From Octopus vulgaris (taxonomy: Eukaryota), in the NCBI GenBank assembly GCA_951406725.2, contig OX597821.1, forward strand, positions 113,088,001 through 113,152,000: a DNA stretch of 64,000 nucleotides. The letters are read 5' to 3'. A program made the translations under genes and the position numbers. Shown here in pieces: positions 53,435 to 64,000 of this stretch (the stretch's first letter is position 1; every line of letters begins with the position of its first letter). The notes under the pieces were generated by a model. That model was not told where the DNA came from and did no database searches. It was given only the letters and a program-made list of their open reading frames with translations.

Positions 53435-54238
53435 GCCATGTAAAAAGCACCATTTGAGTATTTTTTATGCCAGTGTTGCCTGGCTGGGTCCTGTGCACAG
53501 GGGCCAGAGGAGGCTGGCAACAGCCATGATCAATTGGTGCTTTTTATGTGCCACTGGCATGGAAACCAGAGAAAGCAGCGCTGGCATCGGCCACATTCGG
53601 ATGTTGATGTACTTGACTCAATAGGTCTCCTCAAACACAGCAGGTCGCCCTATGATCCAAGTTACTTTTGAATGAGCTGGGACTGGTTATGCAAAACTGG
53701 TGTAGGAAACAGCCGTGAACTCACTTTATTTGTCGGGTCTTCGCAGTTACAGCATATCTCCAGAGGTCTCAGTCTTTCGTTATTGCCGTTGTGAGGCCCA
53801 GCATTCGAAGGTCATGTTTCACCACCTCATCCTATGTCTTCCTGGGTCTACCTCTACCCCGGATTCCTTCAACTACTTGGGAGTGGCACTTCTTCACACA
53901 TCTCTCCTCATCCATCCATAGTACATGACCATACCAGCGCAAACGTCTCTCTTGCATGCCACATCTGATGCTTCATATGTCCAACATTTCTCTCAGGTTG
54001 CTTACACTCTGTCGTGTGTGCACACTGGCATAATACATCCAGCGGATCATGCTAGATTAATTTCTTTCAAGCCTACGCATGTCCTCCACAGTCATGGCCG
54101 TAAAGCATGGCAGTTTGCACATCTGCATCGTACAATCTACCTTTCACTTTGAGCAAGAGGCTCTTTGACTCCAGTAGGGGTAGAAGCTTTCTAAACTTTG
54201 CCCAGGCTATTCTTATTCCAGTGGTAACACTCTCTGAG
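53435..54238 (-). mobile_element. RTE LINE 3' portion
   Basis: Minus frame remnant RGRPRKT*DEVVKHDLRMLGLTTAITKD*DLWRYAVTAKTRQIK*, followed by the UTR repeats. Confidence 0.8.
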
Positions 54239-55479
54239 CATCCAGCTGTAGAAAATCTGCCTCAGCAAATTCTGTCCAACCCATGCAAGCAAGGAAAAGT
54301 GGATGTTATGATGATGATGATATACTGTATATACTTGTCTTCTGCTAGAAGACAAGTATTTAATTGCCAAGAGAAACTCTACTACTACTCTCCTATTATA
54401 TCATTCTTTCACTATAATTACCTCTGACACTAATTATGCCTCTGGCAAAATAAATGTGAAAGTAGAATGTCTTCTTCTTAGCTCAGAGATTCCATTATTG
54501 TTGTTCCACAAGAAATACAACATCGATAGTGGTCATTGTTGTCTATCCCCAAGTGCGTCTAGATCAAATGTGCCAATCATAATCATCATTTCATATCTGT
54601 TTTCCATGCTGGCATGAGTTGGACAGTTTGATAGGAGCTGGCTAACCGGAAAGCTGCTCCAGGCTTCGTTTGTCTGTTTTAGCATGGTTTTTATGGCTGG
54701 ATGCCCTTCCTAATGCTAACCACTTTACAGAATATACTGGGTGCTTTTATGTGGCACCAGTACAGGTGCTTTTATGTGGCCCTTTCAAGTAGCCAATTCT
54801 AAGACAGGGAGGGAGAAAGAGAGTGGAGAAAGAAATTGATCCCAGTATTTGACTGGTCCTTTGTTTATGAACCCCACAGGGATTAAAAATAAATTTACCT
54901 TTACCAGGATTTGAAATCAGAATGCAGAGGACCAGAAGAAATAGCATAAGGCATTTTATCCCATGCTCTAACCATTCTGCCACTCTGCTATCTTAAGAAT
55001 GGAGGTGAAGAGCTGTGATTTAAATATACCTGTATAGGTGTACTTTAAATATTAATCTGACCCAATCGTTGAAGGTGCCATGTACTTCACTAAACCTGTG
55101 TCCTTAAAACCTAAATAAATGACACCAAATACTATAGAACAATTTAGGCAGCTCTTAGTTGTTTTCAACGACTCCCCTTCACTGAAATGTCTATATATAG
55201 GCCATCATTCTACACGGGTGAACTGTAAAGTGATAGCAGCCAAAAATATGAGTTTATCTTAGAACAAATTTCAACATTTTGGGAATAGGAAAAAAAAAGG
55301 AATTATTTTTTTTTTTTAAATATGTGGTGCAATAAATTTTGGTAAAACTGTGTTGGAAAAGCTTATTGTTACCATATTTCTGATAATCTTTAAGAAATTC
55401 GCATAATTCTGAAAGGCTTTACTGAACATTCTTTGTTTATTTTTGGGGGATTGAGCACAGAAATTTACATTATGTCCAA

Positions 55480-55774
55480 GTAATTACAGGTGTGAGTCTT
55501 GGATGATAAGCAAAGTCATGGAGAAGAGACACAAAGCTGCAGAAATGTGGTTTTATAGAAAAATGCTTAGAATCTCATGGGAACAGGGGGTGACGAATGT
55601 GGAAGTGTTGAAGAGGATGAAAGTAAGGAGACAGTTGGTGGATTCTATCAGAGGGAGGCAGTGGGGTTTTGTTGGTCATTTTCTCAGGGAGGATGACAGA
55701 ATGGAGCATCACATGGTGGAGACTGAGCCGGTGGGAAGGAGAGCGAGAGGAAGGCGGAGAATGAAGATGAAAGT
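55480..55774 (+). mobile_element. RTE-clade LINE C-terminal fragment (different family)
   Basis: CESWMISKVMEKRHKAAEMWFYRKMLRISW...VTNVEVL...QWGFVGHFLR...GRRARGRRR. Confidence 0.8.
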
Positions 55775-56405
55775 GGCACAGGAGTGGCTGTGGTAAGTAG
55801 CTTGCTTACCAACCACATGGTTCCAGGTCCAGTCCCACTGTGTGGCACCCTGGACAAGTGTCTTCTACTATAGCCCCGGGCCGACCAATGCCTTGTGAGT
55901 GGGTTTGGTAGATGGAAAACTGAAAGAAGCCCGTCATATATACGTGTGTATATAGAGGTGGCGAGCTGACAGAAACATTAGTGTGCTGGGCAAAATGCTT
56001 AGCGGTATATCGTCTGTCGTTACATTCTGAGTTCAAATTCCACTGAGGTTGACTTTGCCTTTCATCCTTTCGGGGTCGATAAATAAAGTACCAGTTTCGC
56101 ACTGGGGTCGATGTAATCAACTTAATCCCTTTGTCTGTCCTTGTTTGTCCCCTCTATGTTTAGCCCCTTATGGGCAGTAAAGAAATATATATATGTTAGT
56201 GTGTGTGTGTCTGTGTTTGTCCCTCCCACCATCGCTTGACAATCGATCTTCGTGTGTTTACGTCCCCATAACTTAACGGTTCAGCAAAAGAGACCGATAG
56301 AATAAGTACTAGGCTTACAAAGAATAAGTCCTGGGGTCGATTTGCTCAACTAAAGGCGGTGCTCCAGCATGGCTGCAGTCAAATGACTGAAACAAATAAA
56401 AGAAT
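55775..56405 (+). mobile_element. Dominant-family SINE with a second SINE (55957-56186) nested in its central microsatellite
   Basis: Head 55775-55950, complete GGTGGCGAGCTG...TAAAGAAATA element, then the host tail resumes at ~56200. Confidence 0.85.
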
Positions 56406-58107
56406 AAGTGAATGGATGAAGAAGAGAATGAACATGCAGAGCGAGAAAGACCTGGGTGATGTTGCCAGAGACAAACATAAATGGAGGAGGAACAAGCCAT
56501 GATTCGTCAATGGCACAAATATGCCATGGCACAAGAGAGAGAGAATTGCAGATCAAGTTTCTTCAAAGAACAAAATATCTGATTTCGTTGAACTTGTGTT
56601 TTTATATTTTCTATTCCTTTGCAAGATTACACCAAGTGTGCATATGTTTATAAGTGCACAGTTTGGGAGGCACACTGGTCCTACTTAGGTGACCTCAGAT
56701 TTCAGACTGCATTCAGCTGTTTCTACAACTGAATGCCCTTCCTAATGCCAACCACTCCAAGAGTGTAGTGGGTGATTTTACATGCCACTGACACAGGAGC
56801 CAGTCAGGCGGTACTGGCATCGGCCATGCTTGAATGGTGCTTTCTATGTGCCACCAGCAAAGGAGCCAGTCAGGCAGTACTGGCATCGACCACACTTGAG
56901 TGGTGCTTTTTACATGCCACTGGCATGCGAGCCAGTTACAAATAATTCTTTGACAGTATTTCCTTTTAGATGTTGACTGTTTACTGAAGAATTTCAAAAA
57001 AAATACTTCATATCCTCGCAATTTATTTGATAAATTTTTCTACACTGACATGAGTTGCAGAGGTTCTCATAGACCTTATCAGTTCTTATTCAGAATTAGT
57101 TCTTTCCTAGGTGAGCAAGAAACTGTGTCTTGCCCATATACTCCATAATTTTCTACAGCTTAATACCATTCCTATCGCTAACCACCTTACATAATGTATT
57201 GGGTACATTTTACCATGGCACCAGTACCAGTGTGGGTTGCCTTGCCCGCAGCAAAACTAAAGAGTTTTCTCTCACTAATTTAACTAAGGATGGCTATTGC
57301 TAAGTAATGTTAAGACCACAACAAAATTGTTTATTATTTTATATTATGTTATTGGTTTCAGTCTTTGAACTGTGGCCATGCAGGGGCTCTGCCTGGGAAA
57401 GTTTTGGTCTTTTTAATCTCAGTGATTATTTCAGTTTGGTGTGTCTTTTATAGATGTCTATCAGTTGAACCACTAAGTTACAGGATTTAAAAGAACGCAT
57501 TCATAAACAACATAAGTTCATACACACACATACATGCGTAGACACATGTAAACACATAAATCAGGGTAATGTAACCTTCTAAGAGCTAGATGTATTCATA
57601 GGCCCTCTTGGTATTATCTCAGTATGTATGGTCCATGTTATAAGGTATAGGGTAGTAGCTAATTTAAAAGGTAAACTGTGGTTTAATATATATAAAGACG
57701 ATAAGAAATGGAGCAATAAACAGTAAGAAGTGGATCGTTGGTGTTATGAAGTCTTATTCAATTAAGAAGAGAGTATGTTTACAGCAGTTTCAATATATCA
57801 AGCTGGAGTAAATTTGTATTTACCTTGTTGCAATTGATAAACATCATCGGAACAGTTACATGGCAAAGATAAATAGAAGGAACATAGAAAGAGAATATGA
57901 GGAAGAGAAAGGAAAAAAAAAAAAGGAAAAATGTTCGATAATTCAAGAGTCTTACATTTTAGTGAAGTTCATAATTCGTTGTATCAGTTGGAGGATAGGA
58001 GAGAAGAGAGTTAGTTAAATCTATTGTCTTATAATTAGCTAGTTTCACAATTCCACGTGTCCGTAGGTTCTGACATCTGGTGCTAAAAAATAATAGTATA
58101 TATACAT

Positions 58108-58840
58108 ATCATCATCATCATCATCATTGTTTAACATCCGCTTTCCATGCTGGCATGGGTTGGATGGTTTGACTGAGGACTGGTGAGCCAGAGGCTGCAC
58201 CAGGCTCAGTCCGATCTGGCAAAGTTTCTACAGCTGGATGCCCCTCCTAATGCCAACCACTCTGAAAGTCTAGTGGGTGCTTTTATGTGCCACTGGCATG
58301 AGGGCCAGTCAGGTGACACTGGCAATGATTACGCCGAATGGTGCTTTTCCCCTGTCACCAGCGTGGGAGCCAATCCATGGCCCTGGCAACAATCACACTC
58401 GGATGTGCTGCTAACATTCCACTGGCATGAGTGCCAATCAGGTGTAACTGTCATCAGCCACGTCAGCGATTTTGATTTCACTTGCCTCAATAGGTTTTCG
58501 CAAGGAAAGTTCATTGTCCAATGAATGAGGGGTACTCATAGGTGGGCTAGTTACACCCACTGGCATAGGCCATGGGCTATGGTCTCACTTGGCTTGTCGG
58601 GTCTTCTCAAGCACAGCATATCTCCAAAAGTCTCGATCAGTAGTCATTGCCTCAATGAGGCCCAATGTTCGAAGGTCATGCTTCCCCACCTCATCCCAGG
58701 TTTTCCTGGGTCTACCTCTTCCACAGGTTCCCTCAACTGCTAGGGTGTGACACTTTTGCACAAAGCTGTCCTCATTCATTCACAACATATGACCATACCA
58801 GTGCAGTCGTCTCTCTTGCACACCACATTTGATGCTTCTT
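58108..58840 (-). mobile_element. RTE LINE 3' end plus UTR plus (GAT)n tail
   Basis: ORF 58585-58779 (CGRGRPRKTWDEVGKHDLRTLGLIEAMTTDRDFWRYAVLEKTRQAK) is the RTE C-terminus; the tail is shared with SINE-like copies. Confidence 0.85.
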
Positions 58841-59084
58841 AAATCCACTTTTATTCTTTTACTTGTTTCAGTGCTGGAGCACTGCCTCGAAGGGTTTTAG
58901 TTGAACTAATCTACCCAAGGTCTTATCTTTGAAGCTTAGTACTTATTTTATCGGTCACTTTTGCCAAAGCGCTAAGTTACAGGGCTGTGAACAGACCAAT
59001 ACCGTTCATCAAGCAGTGATGTAGTGAGGACAAACACACACACCAAGACATGCACAAATATATATATAGAAACTGTAAGAAGCC

Positions 59085-59142
<58 letters not shown>

Positions 59143-59859
59143 GCAGACACACACACACATGATGGGCTTCTTACAGTTTCCATCTACCAAATCCACTCAC
59201 AAGGCTTTGGTTGGCCCGTGGCCTGAGGGAAGAAAGCTTCTTACCACAGCCACTCCTATATATAAGATCAAGCTTAGGCTGTGGTAGACAAGACTTGCCT
59301 AAGGTGCCTTACAGAGAAAAACATATTTTTGCGAAATGAATTTCTGAACAACAAAACCATGTTTGCACCTATGTTTATATTAGAAAGAAAACAGAAAATT
59401 TTCTTTGCTTTCTTCACCTTTGGAATAATTAGCATTCCATTTATTTCTTTATCTCTTCATTCATTTGTTCATTTTTCTGACAAAGACCTGTTTAAATTAT
59501 TGCTGCAGCTCACCTAGTTTCCAACTCTGAGTCAATTCTGCCAGTTATGTCACCCTGACTATAATTTTCATTTTTTTTTTTTTTTTTTTTTTTTTTTGTA
59601 ATATAGGGTCTGGTTGAAATAGCATGAGACTGTTAATTACTCAGTGTAAACTTTTAATGAAATACTCTGATCTCATTTATGTGCAGGTGGTAGTTGTGCG
59701 GTTAGTGAGTTTGCTTTGCATCCAAGTTCAGTTTCACTGTGTGGTACTTTGAGAAAGTGCCTTCTATTATAGTGTTTAAGTCACTCAGGGCCTTGTGTAA
59801 GAAATTTTGTTGATGGAAACTGCAAGGAAGCCCATTGTGTGTGTGTGTGTGTGTGTATA

Positions 59860-60280
59860 CAGGGTGTTCAAAAAGTCTCTCTGCAGTAAGTATTTTATTG
59901 CAAAATAAATATTTATATGATGGTCTAAGACTACAAGAGAATATATAAGACTTTACAAAACTTTAAAAATACTTTAAACAAGGTGTTGAAAGTGTCGTCC
60001 TTCATTTTCAAAACATAAGTTGACTCTTCTCCACATGTTCTGAAATACATCTCAGAGAGTCTGGTGTGGTATGGACCGCGTGATGGTTATGATTACGCCT
60101 TTTAGCTCATTAATGGTTTTAGGGTGATTCTTGTACACTGATCTTTTACTTGCTCCTCAGAAAAAAATGTCTGGTGGTGTTAAATCAGGTGATCTTGGTG
60201 GCCAAAGTCCCTTCGAAATAATCTGTTCACTGTGCAGGATGAAAACAAATTCACTGTGGAGAGACTTTTTGAACACCCTG
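59860..60280 (-). mobile_element. Internally deleted Tc1/mariner-superfamily element
   Basis: TIRs CAGGGTGTTCAAAAAGTCTCTC / GAGAGACTTTTTGAACACCCTG with TA on the left; minus frame IISKGLWPPRSPDLTPPDIFF*GASKRSVYKNHP (WPPRSPDL transposase motif). Confidence 0.88.
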
Positions 60281-60509
60281 TGTGTCTGTGTATATATATA
60301 TATATATATATATCATCATCATCATCATTGTTTAACGTCCATTGATGATATATATATATATATACACAGACACACACACACACATATATATATATGTATA
60401 TGAAATAAGAGGATAATCCATTTTAACATCCAGTCTGCTTCATTTCATTTATTTGATGAAATTTATTAAACTTTGTTTAATGAATTAACTCTTATCTTGA
60501 TTATTTGTT

Positions 60510-60549
<40 letters not shown>

Positions 60550-60621
60550 TGTGTGTATATATATATATATACATATACTTTATTATTAAAGCTGGAAGAA
60601 CATCACAAAATTGTCACAAAA

Positions 60622-60659
60622 TCTGCTACTCAGTTTCACGTTCTTGTTCATCAGGCAGA
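60622..60659 (-). ncRNA. Minimal type I hammerhead ribozyme motif
   Basis: Minus strand: TCTGC-CTGATGA-ACAAGAACGT-GAAA-CTGAG-TA-GCAGA. Perfect 5-bp stem I, intact core, GUA site; lies within inverted repeat 60579-60712. Confidence 0.65.
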
Positions 60660-60787
60660 GGAAACTCTGAGTAACAGTTTTTTGTGATGTTTTTTGCAGC
60701 TTTATTAATAAAGCATATTACTCCACCTTTTTTTTTCCCACCTTGTTTCACATTTACGTGTTTACACAAGTAAGCACATATATAAAT

Positions 60788-60818
<31 letters not shown>

Positions 60819-60919
60819 AATCAGCCTCGTCAATTTAATGTCCACTTTTCCATGCTCTCCATGGGTCAGATGGAGTTTATTGAGGCAAATTTTCTACAGC
60901 TGGATACCCTTCCTGTCAC

Positions 60920-61486
60920 TGTGCCCCACTTTTTAATAATAAAAAATCTGGTACCCATCAACATTGTTTTTTGAATATAGAAACACGATTTTTAATTCAA
61001 TTACCTGGCTAACGGATACCTCAACTCGTTTAGTGAGAACCCTGCACTTGGTGCACACAGCACAGATCCTTGATTTGAGGAGACAGTTTCTTTAACTTCA
61101 GCCGCAAATCACCATGTTTTGTAATTTCAAGCCAGTTTCTCTTGGCTTCCAGCAAATTGTCAACTGCACTGAATCCACATTTGACCAAATAAGATGAAGA
61201 AAAATGAATCAATAATTCTCTTGGACAATAGATAGTGAAACAGAGAAACAAACACCTAACAGATGCCGATACTGCACTCGGTCCACCGATTGGTCATAGC
61301 TATATTGATTCTCATGGTTTTTAAGTATAAATATTGCATGGCGATGGTTCTTGTTTTTCATTTCAATGTCCAAAGATAGGCTTAGGGTCAAACAGTGTGC
61401 AGTCAGGTCACTTGCAAAAATTTTCATGACCCACGCTAACGCATGTCCCACTCCAATTTTCCCACACCCTACGTTGGCAAACACTG
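60920..61486 (-). mobile_element. hAT (Buster/Charlie-type) deletion derivative
   Basis: Terminus CAGTGTTTGCCAAC (minus strand). ORF 61030-61251 FSSSYLVKCGFSAVDNLLEAKRNWL...DLRLKLKKLSPQIKDLCCVHQVQGSH matches the hAT C-terminal dimerisation region. Confidence 0.8.
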
Positions 61487-61931
61487 ATATAGATGGATAA
61501 GTCTTGGGGTTACCTCTTCATAGGAACATGATTTGGCCACTTTAGAATAAAGAACTCAAAGTGCGAGGTCTGAGTATTAATATGGTTTATTAAAAGCAAT
61601 CAATCCATTAAAATATTTGTTTCATCTGACTAAACAAAACATATTTTGTTGGCCTCACTATTTTTAATGAAACGTGTGTGTGTTTATATCTCTTACCTTT
61701 TATCTTTTACTTGTTTCAGTCATTGAACTGTGTCCATGCTAGGGCACTGATCTGAACAGTTTAGTCAAATTGATCAACCATATTGTTTTTAGCCTGTTAT
61801 TTCTGTTGGTCTTTTCTGTCAAACTGGTCTGTAAAGGTGGACATAAACAAACCAATACTGTTTGTCAAGCAGTTGTGGGAAACAAACACAACACATACAC
61901 ACACACAAATATGTGTGTGTGTGTGTGTGTC

Positions 61932-61972
<41 letters not shown>

Positions 61973-63404
61973 TTATATACATTATAGGTTTCTTTCAGTT
62001 TCTTTCACCCAAATTCACTCACAAGATTTTGGCCAGTCCGGAGTTATGAAAGACATTTGTCTAAGGTATCTCACAGTGGAACTGAACCCAAGACCACATG
62101 GCTGGGAAGCAAGCTTCTTAGCTACACAGCCACACCTGTGTCTATAGGTGTCTATTCATCTGCAAAATTAAACAAAGAATTCTGTGTGAAACAAGAATAT
62201 TTAAAATTAATTTACTGTTGATGTAATCATCATCATCATACATCCATTTTCCATGCTGGAATGAGTTGGATGGTTTGTCTGGGGTCTGGGAAGCCAGGAG
62301 GCTGCACAAGGCTCCAGTCTGAAATATTTAAATATTTTTCAAATCACAGTCCCACGTGGAATCTGAAATTCCTTTGTGACTGATTTTTTTTTTCCTTCTC
62401 TGCATCTCATTGCATTTATCACCTTGTTACTCCTCTCCGGAAAATAGGGGACATCTTTTGGTACCTGTCATACATGAGTCAGCTGTCTGTTAGTGTCTCA
62501 GATGGTTAAATGGCTCCTCCCTCATCCTTTACTTTTTAGGAAGTGATAATGTTCTGTATGATGATGATGATACTGGGATCAAATATTTTTGTAACCCTAG
62601 GAAACCATCAAATGTTTAATTTGTGTGTGTGTGTTTGTGTGTGTGTGTGTGCGTGCATGCGTATGAATGTTTTATCTGGTTGTAAATGAACATGTGTGTA
62701 TGTATGTGTTTGTGAGTATGCATGTGGGAATGTGTGTCTGTGTGGATGTGTGTTTATGCATGTATGTATTTGAATGCAATGGTGTGTGATTGTGTGGGTG
62801 GATCGTATGCATGGATGTGTATGAATGTGAGTGTGTGTGTGTATATATGCTTGGAATGTTCTTTGATATGATTCACCCAAAGGTAAAAAAAAAAAAAAAA
62901 GAAAGAAAAAATTTTTTAAATAACAAAAATAAATAAATAAAGCAGACATTTAAAAATCAATATAATTGAATGAGGCCATTACTGTGTGTCTGTCTGTATG
63001 TCTGGGTGTGGCTGAAAAGCATTTTATCTCACTGTTTCTGCTGAGAAACAAAATAATAATAATAACAATAATAATAATAATGATAGAAGAAAAGAAATCT
63101 CTAATATTCCTTGATATTGATTTCCATAAAGTTTTTAATTTCTATCACTTTCATATGAGTCTGTATATACAAGTGGATGAGCGTATATGCAAGTGAGTGC
63201 GTAAGCATGCAAGTGAGTGTGTGAGCTGTGTTTCTGTGAGACTAGCTTCTTCTCTTTCTCTCTTGTCTTATATTTCTGTTTATCCAGCCTCCATTTATCA
63301 TTTATATAAAAAGATATATCATTTTACTACTTCTGAAAATATCTCATTTTACCTTCTTCATAGATTTAAGCAGCTTTTCTGGGGTTTTTTTCCTGCATAA
63401 TAAT

Positions 63405-63413
63405 TCTATATAT

Positions 63414-63484
<71 letters not shown>

Positions 63485-63498
63485 TATATATATACTAC

Positions 63499-63593
<95 letters not shown>

Positions 63594-63759
63594 TATATAT
63601 ACACACATATATATATATACATATACATATATATATATATACATACATATATATATTACATATATATATATATATATATATGTATATACATATATATATA
63701 TGTATATACATATATATATATATACATATATATATATGTATATACATACATATATATAT

Positions 63760-63828
<69 letters not shown>
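63405..63828. repeat. (TA)n/(TACA)n microsatellite field
   Basis: Direct inspection. Confidence 0.95.
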
Positions 63829-63831
<3 letters not shown>

Positions 63832-64000
63832 ATGATTTTTACAATATATGTCATTTAACAGAAAAAACTGGTTTTTCAGCTTTAGTTGTAACCATATCTT
63901 CTTTTATTTTTCCTATTTTCTTCCTACCTTGTTTTACTCACACACACACACACACACATAAATAAGCACACACAAACTGCTAAACACACATACACACATA

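Larger units (their letters stand above)
47429..64000 (+). other. MYO7A: Next MYO7A intron (>16.5 kb, runs off the window)
   Basis: GTAAGA donor at 47429. The expected next exon (EHW...MHPTSV.GVEDMI.LGDL) was not found by eye downstream. Confidence 0.7.

Overview
AT-rich, repeat-saturated eukaryotic genomic DNA. The SINE, LINE and microsatellite landscape is typical of Octopus (taxon is inferred, not shown). The only convincing host gene is an unconventional myosin VIIa (MYO7A/crinkled) orthologue on the + strand, which the ORF track misses. It has a start-codon exon (4009-4056, coding MVILAK) and, after a 43,258-nt phase-0 intron, a 114-nt exon (47315-47428, GDHVWLEPKTKEEFSVAIGAKVKFTESGRVLVVDDDGK). 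No further coding exon was recognised before the window ends. The rest is intronic: several tRNA-derived SINE families; RTE, R4/Dong and Tx1-like LINE remnants; Tc1/mariner, hAT, piggyBac-like and Helentron-like non-autonomous elements; Penelope-type inverted repeats with hammerhead-ribozyme motifs; and many microsatellites. Most interesting points: (1) the hammerhead motifs with intact cores that I found all lie antisense to MYO7A; (2) a fold-back mariner derivative sits ~100 nt behind the first coding donor; (3) a repeat-poor intronic island (27.6-29.5 kb) contains a CCAAT/TATA cluster and a candidate alternative first exon. Almost all ORFs in the supplied track are microsatellite or repeat artefacts. 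No CRISPR, rRNA or real tRNA gene was seen.
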